This document shows positions 35,063 through 48,326 of a DNA stretch of 64,000 bases, piece by piece. Each line of letters starts with the position of its first letter. The stretch's first letter is position 1. The DNA is from Podarcis cretensis (lineage: Eukaryota). Position numbers and translations under genes: made by a program. The stretch lies in contig OX638162.1 in the NCBI GenBank assembly GCA_951804945.1, positions 42,408,001 to 42,472,000 on the forward strand. The letters are read 5' to 3'. Under the pieces are notes generated by a model. That model ran no database searches. It had not been told where the DNA came from and worked only from the letters and a program-made list of their open reading frames with translations.

Positions 35063-35422
35063 CAGACCCTCAAAGTGTTCCTATTTTCCAGGGACAGCCC
35101 CAGATTTACAGAAGCCGCCCCGGTTTCTGATCTGATCCTGGAATGTCCCACTGTTCCTTAAGACCTTCCCTATTTTCATTGGAGAAACGTTGGAAGGTAT
35201 GGAGCTTTGTGCCCCCCCAAGCTGAGATGAGCAACTATACAACCTTTAGAAGACATCTTAAGGCAGCCGTGCGTAGCGAAGTTTAAAAACGTTTGATGGT
35301 TTAATGTTTAACAGTTTTTTATATATGTTGGAAGCCACCCAGACAGATGGGCAGGGTAATTTATTATTATTATTATTATTAAGGACATCTCTATTTTCAT
35401 CAGAGAAATGTTGGAGGGTATG
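35063..35422 (-). mobile_element. Non-autonomous TIR element with internal L2 3' fragment (copy B)
   Basis: CAGACCCTC...TTGGAGGGTATG; flanks GGAATG/GAAATG; same architecture as 1460-1742. Confidence 0.65.
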
Positions 35423-35745
35423 GAAATGTAAATAGGTCATAAATTCATGAGCTCATGACTGCAAGGCATGTTTCAAAAGTTGGGCTGACTTAACATTGCT
35501 TGAGCTTAGATCCCCCAAGCCACACTTCAGATGAGACCCCCCAACTCCCGCTTTGGGAAGGGGGCCTGGGGTCATGAGCCAATGCGACTTCACCATCTGT
35601 CTGGCTACACATCTCTGGTCTTGTCCATGTACTCTTTTTCCTGTGAGGGAGGTCATGTAACACACTTTCTATGGAGGTGCAGGCCTGGCCCAGCAACCAA
35701 GGCCCAGCTCCATCCCCTCCTGGCCTAATTCCGGAACGTTCCGGG

Positions 35746-35892
35746 CAGTGGCGTAGCGTGGGGGGTGCAGGGGGGGCCGGCCGCACCGGGCGCAACATCT
35801 GAGGGTTAGGGTTAGGGGGCGCAAATCCACGGGTTAGGGGGTGCAAATTACTTGCCTTGCCCCGGGTGCTGACAACCCACGCTACGCCACTG
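35746..35892 (-). mobile_element. hAT-type MITE with telomere hexamers (copy 2)
   Basis: Same TIRs as copy 1; TSD GTTCCGGG/GTTCCAGG. Confidence 0.9.
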
Positions 35893-38838
35893 GTTCCAGG
35901 CAAACAAAAATGGCAGCTGCCTGAGGGGAAAATAGGCGAAGGTGAAGCGAGGAGCTTGGCTGAGTCACCGACCATTTCACCGGGTTCTCGCCAGAAATGT
36001 ATTCAAGCAGCTAAATGGTGACAACATGTAACGAAAGGCAGGTACATTCTGCAGTTGTGTAGGTGAGAAAATGTCAGCAGATGGGCTTTTCGCACCTGCG
36101 CTCAACAAGGTTTGCCTGCTCTAATTCCCCCACATCTCTTTCTTCCACAGAGTCATTGACCTTGGTTGCACTGAGCTATGAAGGTGGCGCATTTTAGAGG
36201 CACAGAGCTTTGTGTAAGCAGCGGGGGGGGGGGGGAGACACCCCTATCCCCAAACGCACGCCAGGCTTGTAGGGCTGTATTCAATGCTAGTAGACTGTGC
36301 AGAGTAGACTTTTGAGGCATGCTGAGGAAAAACTTGGTTGGCTACAAGACATAACCGTTGGGGGCAATGGTGGAGGAAAACCAGCGCAAAACAGGCAGGA
36401 CGGAAACACCAGCTAATTAATGGTATTAATTAGTTGTAATTTTTAAAAGGGGGCCTCAGAACTGCATGCCATCCTAGAGTTGTGATCCCTGTCGCCATTG
36501 ATCAGGACAGTGGAAAGTAAACATGGAAGCTGCCTTGTAGGGAGGTCTTATCTAGCAAAGTGTTGCTTACATTGACCAGCAGCCATTCCCTAGGATTTCA
36601 GGCAGGGAGTGTTCCCAGCCCTAGCCTGCATCTTGTTCATTATTATCTCTGAAAGGGAGTAGAGCCTTTAATGCAAGATGAAAATTATAGGGGAAAGCCT
36701 GGGGTTTCCATAAGGGAACTGCTCTGGCCCCCATTCCTCACCCTTCTGTGGCTCCAAACCTATTATAGCTCTTCATTTTCCATCTCTTCTGTTTCTGCTC
36801 CAAGACTAAAATAAGAGACTCCACCCTCCATTTTACAGTAACAAAGGGAGGGGCCCAATCCAGCCCTCCAGGTTTCCCCTCAAGAATCACAAGGCTTTAC
36901 ACTTCCCATGATTTTTGTACCAAAACATCTAAACCATTCTTGGCAATGGCAAAGTTTGGTGGCTGCTTCGAGCCTGTCCACGGAACAGTGAGATACAAAT
37001 CTAAGAAACAAATCAATAAGGCATCAGGCTTTCGGAAGAGATAAATCACTGTGAAGGCCAATGGCCTCCCTCTATGAGAAACTACGAGGCATTTTAAGGC
37101 TTCTCAGGCTGTTTTTAGGCTATTGCTCTTTTGCAGCTGGGATCCAATCGCCTGTCGTCAAATTCAAGTTTGAGAATGGAAGGGATTTGGCACCTTTGCA
37201 TGACAAAACTGCTTAAGCCAAGAAAAATGGGGGTGGACTTTTTGCAGTATGGGGGGGGGGACCAGTGGAAAAGCAGGATAGCAATTGCTTGACATTGTGG
37301 TACCTCCCCTGCAAACAAATCGGAATCGATGCTCCATAAAGAGTGGGCGTCATGCAGCCTCTCGAGCGAATTTTGTGCAAACAAATCAGGCCGAATGCTC
37401 AATAAGCAGGTCGTGTGGAAGCGAGATGAGAGAGACAAGGAAAAGCTCAGTTGCGTTTTGTCCTTCCGCTTCTCCCAAGCCTTGCTGGAGGGTTGCGTGA
37501 CTGGGAACCTCTTGCAAACAGACACTTAAGAAAGCCCCGTTTACAGATATTTTCAGTGTTGTATTCTTGAAATATTAAGCACTGCGCTGTCAAAGCTGAT
37601 AACTCTGACGCTAGATTCCCACAGGTACAAGCAGCCGTTAACCTAGAATTCTGGAACGACTTTTCCTGCAAAACTGTCTCACGCTTGAACCACCGTCTTT
37701 AGTGTGTTGAAGAGAAAGGCTGTGTACTCGCCATAGATTTGAAGCACATTCACCATGCCAAAGAATCCTGGGAACCACAGTTCACACCTCACAGAGCTAC
37801 AATTCCTAGCGCCCTCAGCAAACTACAATTCCCAGGTGTGTGCTTTAAATCTACAGTGTGCAAGCAGCCAAAACAAAAGCCAATTACGAGTGAGCATGGT
37901 TTGTTTCACCTTAGCAATGGGGCCGGCTTGCTGGATGCATCTATTCGTGCCTCTTATTGCTAAACATATTCCTCCTCGCCCCCCCAAACCCTCCCCCCCA
38001 TTTATGTATTTTAAAGCCTTAGGTTTTAAAAGACAGGGAGGCAACAGGTCGAAAGGAATTGCACAACAAATGGGGGGGAGGAAAAGGAACAAAGGCAGCA
38101 ACTGCTCTGAATTTGGAAAGCGGGTTACACAACCACACTCACGGCCAATTAACATCTCGGCAGGCCACTTGGTTCAGAAGGCAGACGGATGGCGTGCAAG
38201 ACCTGCAAGACCAGCAGCCAAAAAAGCAAGGGAGAGACAGCACATATGCCAAGAGCTGGCACTCTACCACTTCTCACAAGTATAGTCAAATTTCTCTCCC
38301 CCCCCCCCCCCGCCGGCAAAATTGTTTCGAATGTCCGACATTAATCCTGTAAAGAAATGGAGCAGAGGGAAGCAGACTTGAGTTGACAAATGGAGACTAC
38401 AGCCTAATTTGGAACGAATGCAGGGAGATTGCTTATTTCCCATCTTTTCCCTTGTTTTGTTTTTTAAACGAGTTTTTCTTTGCATGTTGCAGAACTGGGG
38501 AAATGAATCAGCATTGTTTTCCGAGAGCAGACAGGGCTGACAGACTCTCATGAAAAGCCTTTTCACTTTTCAGGGAAGACCACCTAGTTGCTATAGACAT
38601 AATAATCATAAGAGGGGGGAGGCGTTTGTAAGAAGCCTATGCCTTTTTCACAGCATAGCTAAAGATGTAAGAAAAGCCCTGCTAATATAGACCAGAGGCC
38701 TATCTGAGCCACCCCTTTGTCTGGTTATCTGTTTCGACATACGGACTACTTATGTGTTTAAATTAAGATGGGTGGATTATTGTTATTGTTCATGTGAGCT
38801 GATACTGCTTCTCTCTGTTACATCTGAAATTGTGTGTA

Positions 38839-39063
38839 CAGTGGACACTCGGGTTGCGAACGTGATCCGTGCGGGAGGCATGTTCACAACCTGCAATGTT
38901 TGCAACATACAGCGCCGTGCATGCGCGGGTTGCGATTCGGTGCTTCTGCGCATGCACGACCACCGAAACCCGGAAGTAACCTGTTCTGCTACTTCCGAGT
39001 TTCGGCAGGTCTGTAACCCAAAAAACACACAACCTGAAGCGTCTGTAACCCAAGGTATGACTG
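38839..39063 (+). mobile_element. Related pogo/Tigger-like MITE subfamily
   Basis: TA|CAGTGGACACTCGGGTT...AACCCAAGGTATGACTG|TA; shares aacctgaagcgtctgtaacc with the family above. Confidence 0.75.
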
Positions 39064-40965
39064 TATATGTATGTACATACACACACACACAAACAAACAA
39101 GCCCTGCTTCCCAGCAACTGTATCATATTGCCTAAGATCGAGATTTATAGCCGTCAATACTAGTAAGAATACAAGAAACATTAAGATGAGCCTGTTGAAT
39201 CAGGCCCACCTAGGCCAGCATCCTGTTCTCACAGTGGTCAACCAGATGGTTGTAGTAAATCATTGAAAAACTTCCCCATGAGCACGTCTAACCCTCAAAG
39301 CTGCTGGCCACCTCTACATCATGTGCCAGTTCTTTCCATACCTCTAAATCCAAACCTTAAACTGTGCATTTTGCAATTACAGTCTACACTTCCATTTGTC
39401 TCACCAGAATCTGCTAATCAGCCGCATTGTGTGACTCTTACTGAAACATGAAGAAGTTTCCATACAAAGAAGTGTTTCTAACTTCCAAATTTTGGATGCA
39501 GCGCTCTCCCTGCCTCGGACGTTTCCAAGGCACACAGGGCCGTTGAGAGCACATTGGCAGAAGCAACCCTGATCTGGTTGTGTGCAGTCAGCTTTTTAAG
39601 GTCTACCTGAACAGCAGTATACAAATATCTTCATAAATCAATCCTTTTGCAGCCCAGTGGCTTGCCAATGGCAGACAAGATATGCATAGCGGCAGAAGAC
39701 CCCCCCCCCCCCAAGGTGAAAATGAAGAGTATTGGTAGCAGAGTGATGTGCATGCTTCAATTCAAGAAATTGAAAGGTACATTGAACTGAAATCCAGGAG
39801 GAGCAGAATACAGGGCAAAGTGAACCCACAGGACAAATACAGGAAGCAACTGGGTAAATCCACTCATCTCTCAAATGGGGATTTGGATAGGAGCCTATAT
39901 AAACCAAGGGGTTGCTAGTCTGCAAAAACAAAAAACCTACTCCCTGTTGCTTGCATCTAGTCCAAACCTCTAGCTATGGCAGTATCCGCTCAAGCCACAC
40001 ATCCGAACAAAAAGAAGCCCATTTAGAAATGACCCATCACATATGGACCATGGCCAACACTCAGTCTAATTGCTTACCTATTAAATGCCCATAAATAACT
40101 GATCCTAAGCCACCTCCATGCAGATTGGGCTCCTATTGGGAACGATTGTGTATGAGTACAGTATTTGTAGAAACATACACAGCTGCCTCGTACCATTGTT
40201 CCACCTAACTCAGTATTGTCTGCACTGACTGGCAGAAGCTCTCTAGCAGCTTTAGACGGGCGTTTTCCCGAGCCCTACCTGGAGATGCCAGAGATGGAAG
40301 CTGAGATTGGAGCCTGCAAAGCACATGTTCTGCCACCGAAACTCTGTCTGTACATTATTATCTGTGACAATCTACTACTATGTAGTTGCGACTGGAACAT
40401 GGATCTACACACCCCTTACGATAACAGCAGGAATTTGGCCAAGCAGGTGGCAGCGCCTGCAGAACCCATCCCTTTGAATGACTAATGTGTCTTGCCTGGG
40501 AACCTGCTTGAGATGAATCACGTGTCAGGCATGCAAAAGCCATGCTGCAAGGATGCTTGCCAATAGCTTGGCCTACCTGGCAGCCAGCATTTAAAATGGT
40601 ACCTCTGGCCAGGCTTTGTTGGTGCAGCATGGGTGTAACTTTTGGGTTTCCAAGGATGCCTCACTGCTGCCCAGGTTCCGCTCCTCTTATCTCGGGAGGC
40701 CTTTGTAAGCCACATTGCCGTGCCATCTGTAGGAAGCGTAAATATTTTATTACCAGGAAGCGGGGAGGGAGAGATAAAAAAATCACATTTCTGGAAAAAG
40801 GCAGCAGGATGCCACAGAAACTACAGCCATCAACTCATTTTCCAGCCAATAATTACCACGACTGTGCTAAATGAGTTTCTGCAGCCATTTCGCTCCAAGT
40901 TGTGGAAGATTTCACTGCAGGGACCAAATCAATAGCTATTTTTACATCAGCCACATTTTTAAGTA

Positions 40966-41180
40966 CAGTGGTACCTCGGGTTAAGAACTTAATTCGTTCT
41001 GGAGGTCCGTTCTTAACCTGAAACTGTTCTTAACCTGAGGTACCACTTTAGCTAATGGGGCCTCCCACCGCTGCCACACAATTTCTGTTTTCATCCTGAA
41101 GGAAAGTTCTTAACCCGAGGTACTATTTCTGGGTTAGCGGAGTCTGTGACCTGAAGCGTCTGTAACCCGAGGTACCACTG
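40966..41180 (+). mobile_element. pogo/Tigger-like MITE
   Basis: TA TSD; TIR CAGTGGTACCTCGGGTTA. Confidence 0.9.
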
Positions 41181-41816
41181 TACTTGTCAACATCATGTCC
41201 ATTCATCACCCAAAGTTTACATGTTTAAAAGATTGTGCAAAAATGAGAAACATGCCTTTTATACTTGGCCTGTTGTTCCATGAGAGATTCACGTTTCAGC
41301 AATCAATCAAGTTTGCCTCTCAGCTCCACCCCTGCAGAGCAGCAGCAGGGAACCTGTGGCTCTCCAGATGTCTGCAGATGCCACCATCCCTGACAACCAG
41401 CTGTGCTCCCTGGGGCTGATGGGAGTTGGAGTCCATCCATGCAGTTCCCCGCCCCTGTCCCACTGGCAAAAGTGCAAAGGAGCTGCTTCTTGGTGGATTA
41501 AAGTGCCCCTCCATAAGCTACATTTGACACGTTTGTGGGCTGGGGAGCAGGAAGAGAAATTAAGACACTTAATCTTGGGAGGCACAGAAGACACATGCAC
41601 AGGTTGGTGTTCACAGAACAGAGGGTAATCCTCTGGGCAACTGCAGAATATCTGTTAATATTGCCACGCTCCACTTTTCTCAGTATGGCCAGAGTTCAGG
41701 AACAATGTGTTTTATGGGCAATGATGTTTCTTCATAGATTCTGTGTCAGCTCACAGTGAGGTTGCACCAAAGAATCCCAGCACATCATTAGTCCCACTCT
41801 GTGGAGGGTGGCTTTT

Positions 41817-42160
41817 AGGGCTGGGTGTTATATCAATATATCGCCCAAAACCAGTCCATATATATTGGTTCAAATAATTTTTGACCTGGCAATGTATGTT
41901 AGGGCTGGGCGATGTATGATCCAAAATGGGTTTGAAGTCCGTATCGTTATATCAGTTTCATAATTTTGACCTAGCAATATTATCAAGAATCATGGTGTGT
42001 ATGTGTGTGCTATGCAAAAACCACAATGTGGGAAAAACCGTGAAGCCAGCCAATGCCTCTACAAAGCTCCCTCATTTCAGACATCATTAAATATCAGTAT
42101 ATCGCAATGTTTGGCAGGCGATATATCACAATACTGAAAACCAGATTATCACCCAGCCCC
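41817..42160. mobile_element. Degenerate TIR element (TAGGGCTGGGCGAT ends); relative at about 17150-17535
   Basis: TAGGGCTGGG occurs twice at the left end; ATCACCCAGCCC at the right end. Confidence 0.5.
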
Positions 42161-42551
42161 TGTGGCCTTGCTCACATACTGGCAGAAAGAAGGGTAATGA
42201 GAACACGTCATATTGCATGGAGCTACTATTTCTTCTGGGAATCGTAGTGCAGTAGATGCACTCGACAGGACAGCGTAATTTGCGAGCGCTCACTAGATAA
42301 AGCCAAGGACGGGGAATCTGTGGATCTGCAGATGCTGCGGGCTAGCTTATCTTCCATCCTCTCAGACCATTGGCCCATCTGATCCCTGCTCCTGACTCAC
42401 ACAAGCAAGCAACTCTTAGTTATGGAGAAGAAGATTTGAAGCAATCTGGGCAAATGTTTTTCATTTCTGGGAGCCTGCCCTTATTAGTGCTGGCTACATG
42501 GGGTTCTCTCTCTTGCTGGCATTTATCTCAGGAGGCTTAAAGAGCTTAAAG

Positions 42552-42867
42552 CAGGGGTCAGCAAACTTTTTCAGCAGGGGGCCAGTCCACTGTCCCTCAG
42601 ACCTTGTGGGGGGCTGGACTATATTTTGGGGGGGAAATAAAAAATGAACGAATTCCTATGCCCCACAAAGAACCCAGAGGTGCATTTTAAATAAAAGCAC
42701 ACGTTCTACTTATGTAAAAACACCAGACAGGCCCCACAAATAACCCAGAGATGCATTTTAAATAAAAGGACACATTCTACTCATGTAAAAACACGCTGAT
42801 TCGCGGGCCGGATTTAGAAGGCGATTGGGCCGAATCTGGCCCCCAGGCCTTAGTTTGCCTACTCATG
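42552..42867 (-). mobile_element. hAT (Charlie-like) non-autonomous element, AT-rich interior
   Basis: CAGGGGTCAGCAAACT...AGTTTGCCTACTCATG; 8-bp TSD GCTTAAAG. Confidence 0.88.
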
Positions 42868-45800
42868 GCTTAAAGTGTTGGTGGAAGGTAAATTAGATCA
42901 TGCAATGGAGCCTCTAGGAAGAAACAGCGGGGGGTAGCACAGGTGGGCAAGGAGAGATTCTCTCACCTCTTAACACTTGTGGCACATTATCTGGAAGCAG
43001 GACTTGTTGCCTGACCAGAGGGAGGGATGTTCCAAACCTCCCCCACTCCCAAACCTCTTTAGAACAGGCTGCTGACTAAAATAGGTCTTCCCAGAACCTC
43101 TGCAGACAAGAGACTCTCAAAGGCACAGAGTTACTGCCATTCATTATGTGTTTAATAACCAAGGCTTCTTCCAAAAGCCTCTGTGGGCCAAACCTTCAAG
43201 CAGGTGGCTAAATACTTTGCAAGGTCAAGCGAGAGGGTTCAGGACCCTCGGGAATGAATTAACACAAGACAGAAGGCAACCCCCCAAAAAAATTTAGGCA
43301 CACAATTTCCTTTGTAATAAATAAATAATAATAACAATAATAATAATAAAGAGGATATTGAACGGAACACACATGCAGCCTTAACCCTGAAGGATGAACT
43401 TCCTTGTCTGGACTCAAGAGCAGGGGCCTGAGGAGTTGGCAGCCACTAAAACCAGCTTTCCCGTAAAAACAGCATTCCTGGTAGCGTTTGCACAATTTTA
43501 AAAAGGTGTTTTAATGCAGTCAATATTCATCAACAAACAAATGGGTGTCAATTCCTGCTCCTGACAGGCGAGAGAGGGTGCGAATTTAAAGTATTTTTAT
43601 TTTATTTTTCTTATCCAGCTCGGGATTGTTGGCAATTTCAGATCTAGAAGAATTTGTCTTGATGGAATTACCAATTGGGAATAATCCAAGTGCGCCCATG
43701 TAAACTTCATTAGGAAAGTGGAAAGGGGGGGGATACTAGAGAAAGAAAGGTATGTGTGGCTTTGAAGAGATTATTTTGCATGAAGAGCTGTAGCGGTGAA
43801 GGAACTGAGCTAGCCTGCTTCTGCACATTGCATGGTGACAGGGCAACTGCAAAGGGGGGGGGGGTCTTCAATGTCCCTGCCCAACCTACCACACGATCGC
43901 CTTTCCCATTCGTCACAAGCTACACACAATGGGATGTATCGGTAGATGGATTACTTTTAAAAATAAAGCTCGAGTGAGTCTGTTACTTGTTAAGCCAGCC
44001 TACGTCAACCTGGTGTCCTCTGCATGCTGGACCATAACTCCCACATGGGATTTGTAGTCCTACAAGATCTGGAGGATACCAAGTTGGGGAAAGGGTGCAT
44101 TAAGTATGTTTAAAAGGGGGGGGGGGAGTAAAACCTACTTTTGCGAGCCTTCAGTGAGTGACTGGATATTTTACATATTTATTTTTTAAAAAAGACAGCC
44201 ATATGGAGGCGAGGCTCACTTCAGGTGAAAGCCTCAGCAACTATTCCTTTCCCCAGGTTTTAAAAATGTTAGCAATGTTTTTCAAAAATCCAGTTAACAA
44301 CATAATCTGGCCAGTGTTAAGGAAACTCCCTTTTTTTGGTTACAACAGTTGAAAGCGAGCAAATCATCCCTAATACAGGTGAAATTTAAAAGAAATCCAC
44401 CCCATAATACGAGGCCTACCGTGTCACTGCTAAATATTATTCCAAAACAGGGTTCCCTCCACTCTGGTTAATTCTGGGCCTTTTCGACAGCAGCAGATGA
44501 AACAGAAATCCAAGCTTTTGCTACCTCTGAATTTCTATGGGAGCCAAAGGAACATCTGCCGAACTACCTGGCCAGGCTGCTGCTAATAAAGACACCGGAA
44601 GGCCCCAGGAGAAATCGTATTCATCTGGAGCTCATTTCTTAAAGCAGAGAAGAAATGGCCACTACTTTGATTTCAAAACCAAAGGCTTGTTTGTAGTTGC
44701 TGTTGTTTTAAAACACACCCTCTTATACAGATAGTTACCAGCCAAACAGGGTTGACACTTTTATCCAAGAGTCAGATATATAAAATTAAAGCAGAGTTTT
44801 TATTCAAGTTGTGTGTGTGTGTCTTTTTTTTATTATTTCCTTGGAGGGTAAACATTCGCCGCTTCTCTCTAGGTTCATGTTCCTGAAAGAAGAAGAAGAA
44901 GGACCACCTTTGGCTTTTCAGTCAAGCAAAAGCGCTTTTGCACGGCCGTGAAAATACAATCCCTTGGGGGTTTGGGGAGCGGGTGGGCAGAGGAGTGACT
45001 ACAACCTTATAACCGGGCTAGCAAAGCTCTTACATCCTTTACGCACCGCGAGGGATGGCCAGTTTGCAGCCAGAAAGTGGCAAGGCCTATCATTCACACA
45101 AGTAGCCCACATGAGAGGAGAATCCCGTCACTTAATGCTATCGGAAAAGGGCTTGCATTAGCACCATCCCTGCAAGGCTGCCTAGTTTGGGCGTGGGGAA
45201 CCTTTAGTGCTCCAGATACTGCTAAAATACAGCTCCCATCATGCCTGGCTGTGCTAGAGTTGCAGTTAAACAATATCTAGAGGGCCGAAGGTTCCCCACT
45301 CCTGGCTTAGTTTTCACCCCGTTATAGTACATGCTTGGCATCCTGTCGGTCTGAACAGAGCTTATGTGCAAAGCTGCCCCAAATTATGGCAGACTTTTCT
45401 TTTTCGTTGGGGGTGTGTGTGTGTGCGGAGAGTGGAAGGCAAGAAGTAAAAAAACAACAACAGCCCTCTCTACCAAACCATGTACTGCTCCCTTTTGCCT
45501 CAGAACCAAGGGTTCAAAAAAGGTTATTACTGAATTCTCAGCTGACTGGCAGGTACAGAATACACTTTCAGACAAAAGTAAGCTTTTCTTCTCGCCCATA
45601 AAAACCAGGAGCCAAATTAAATGAAGCTAGCCATGCTACAAAAAATGAGGAAACGATGCTGCTTTCATTGGCTTTCAGAATCTTATTTACCTGGGAATTA
45701 AATGCATTTGTAGTTAACAGTTAACACTGTTAATTCATCATGGTATGAATCGTAAAATTATCACAACCTTTTTTTTAAAAAAATTCAACAATGTAAACAG

Positions 45801-46263
45801 CACTACACACAGTATAGACCTGCTCTGAAATATATACACACATATATACACACACATATATATATGTATGTATATTTGCAGAACTTCAATCTGGCACTGT
45901 ATAATTTAGCGATGTTAATTTAACCTCACAAAAAGTTTTTTTTTTTAAGTTGTGCAACCAACATCAATCTGCAACGTTTTTTGTTTTTGTTTCTTTGAAA
46001 AAGAGAAAAAGAAACCATTTAACTTGCAGCCAGGGGGTCTCAAACATTTCAGGGGGCATGGGGGGGAAGAAGAAACGAGAAGAACCCAAAATTCAAAAGA
46101 AAGTGCCTAAAATATGGATACAGCATTTTAGAGCCCTTTCAAAAATACAAGGCAGAGAAAGGTGTAAAGTAGAAAAATCTGGAGCGTCTGTAAATTCCAG
46201 TCCGGAGCTTATGGGTAATGAAAGGTTAACAGGTTACGGCTGTTTTCGCTGTGTTAAATGGCA

Positions 46264-46747
46264 CTAAGTATGGTGGTCTATACACAGGCTTGCTGTCTGT
46301 GAAGCTGCAACGCATTTGGTGTTCTCCTCCTTCTTCCGCCTCTCCATTTCCCATTCCACAAAGGTATCAAAGAGACTGGGCCAGGCCTCATCTTCACTGT
46401 AATTGCTGAGGTCCGGCCCAATGACCTGAGTAAAATTTAGGAACATGTTCCACGTGTCCCGGGAGATTCCCTTAATTCCTGAGGGGTTCTCATTCAAGAA
46501 GTGTAACCACTGGTCCAATATGGGGGGCTTGTTTTGAGTGAAGACTAGTTTCCAAAGGGCAATGGCTATTTCCCGATGCAGCGACCTCTGCCCCTCCTCG
46601 GAGTCCAGGCCAAACTGAAAGGTAAAACGGTAGAGATCCTTGAACTTATCTTCTTGTTTGGCTTCGTTTAAGAGGCTGGGGAACCGGGCACATATCCCAT
46701 CGATGCTGTCTGCGTTTATTGCTTTGCAGCCTTCAAAGAACTCCGTC
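46264..46747 (-). CDS. DCUN1D3: DCUN1D3 last coding exon (PONY/cullin-binding domain); total 304 aa
   Basis: gactag|TEFFEGCKAINADSIDGICARFPSLL...FKDLYRFTFQFG...ISRDTWNMFLNF...SNYSEDEAWPSLFDTFVEW...*; 431+484 = 915 nt in frame. Confidence 0.96.
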
Positions 46748-47256
46748 CTAGTCAAGGGGAAAAGAAGCCAGTTAGATCACCTCCTTTTCTTCAGCATCAC
46801 AAGCAAAAACTTCAGGGCTAGTAGTCACAGCGGCTACATGCAACTTCCTGGATCAGGGGTGAAAACCCCCAAACCAGCACTCAGAGGGAGGAGTTGGGGG
46901 GGGGGGGGAAATCAAGTGGCAAGCAGGACTGCTTCTGCTGACAAAACGATCGGAAGAGTTTTGCATTCCTCCCTTTGATCCCAATTAATTTGTGTTGGGA
47001 AAGGGGGAATCAGAAAATGGTACCGGAAAGAAATGCCAGCTCAAACATTCTGTGAAAACATATGCATCACTGAGCATCATGCTACCCCTGAAGGAATTTA
47101 AACCCCCTCAGTCCTGCCTGTTGCACTTATTTCCATTGACACAGAGTTTTACTCCGTATGCGAACATGCAAAGACATGATTTTCTCCCCAACACAATCTG
47201 AAGCCCAGTGGATCAGTCCAGCTTATTTATTTATTTGATTCATTTTATGAATCAAA

Positions 47257-47607
47257 GGACGTTGAATGGCACTGTGGGTTAAACCACAGAGCCTAGGACT
47301 TGCTGATCAGAATGTCGGCGGTTCGAATCCCCGCAACGGGGTGAGCTCCCGTTGCTCGGTCCCAGCTCCTGCCAACCTAGCAGTCTGAAAGCACGTCAAA
47401 GTGCAAATAGATAATAGGTACCGCTCCAGCGGGAAGGTAAACAGTGTTTCAGTGTGCTGCTCTGGTTCGCCAGAAGCGGCTTAGTCATGCTGGCCACATG
47501 GCCTGGAAGCTGTACACCGGCTCCCTCGGCCAATAAAGTGAGATGAGCGCCGCAACCCCAGAGTCGGCCATGACTGGACCTAATGGTCAGGGGTCCCTTT
47601 ACCTTTA
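47257..47607 (+). mobile_element. Sauria SINE
   Basis: Family head, body and tail; short TSD ATGAATCA. Confidence 0.9.
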
Positions 47608-47680
47608 CATGAATCACTGCCTTTATAATATATTAAGTTATTTACAGTTATAACATCAGCAATGAAAACAATTCCATACT

Positions 47681-47683
<3 letters not shown>

Positions 47684-47723
<40 letters not shown>
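47684..47723. repeat. (CA)n microsatellite
   Basis: Direct reading. Confidence 0.95.
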
Positions 47724-47727
<4 letters not shown>

Positions 47728-48275
47728 CGAATTCCCCCCCCACACACACACAATTAAAACACATACATAAGGCTGTTCCCAAAGGTCCACTCAGTCAAGC
47801 ATCCTGCTTCCCAAAGCAGGCAGCCAGATGACTCCAGGAAGCCCACACACAGAGATAGAAGGCAAACAACCTTCTCCTGCTGTTAACTAATCTTGGCACT
47901 TATGCTTATGCACTGAAAGGTGCTTGAAGCACCAAAGATCTGTAGCTCAGTTCACAGACTTACCTGGGTGGTGACAGTCCTCATGGGGTAGGTCAATGGG
48001 TGAGCTGCACCCCTCTCCACAATACTTCAGCCCTGTATACCTGAAGGAGCGTCTCTGCCCCCATTGTGCAGCCTGGGCACCAAGGGCCTTCTAGTGGTTC
48101 CCTCATTGCAAGAAGTTATAGGGAACCTGGCAGAGAGCCTTCTTGTATTGGCACCCTCCCGCCAGATGTCAAAGATAAACAGACAACTTTCCGTAGGCAT
48201 CTGAAGGCAGCCCTGTATAGGGAAGCTTTTAATGTCTGATGCTTTGTTGTGTTCTTTTATATTCTGTTGGAAGCC

Positions 48276-48326
48276 ATACTAATACTAATACTAATACTAA
48301 TACTAATACTAATACTAATACTAATA
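48276..48326. repeat. (ATACTA)n hexamer microsatellite at an L2 end
   Basis: About 8 tandem units. Confidence 0.9.

Noticed and set aside
37115-38285. Hidden gene between REXO5 and DCUN1D3 (136-aa and 176-aa ORFs)
   Set aside because: No recognisable domain or consistent exon chain, and part overlaps a hairpin repeat.
43596-44804. DCUN1D3 poly(A) site
   Set aside because: There are several minus-strand AATAAA candidates (e.g. 44799-44804, 43596-43601), and I cannot choose among them without 3'-end data.
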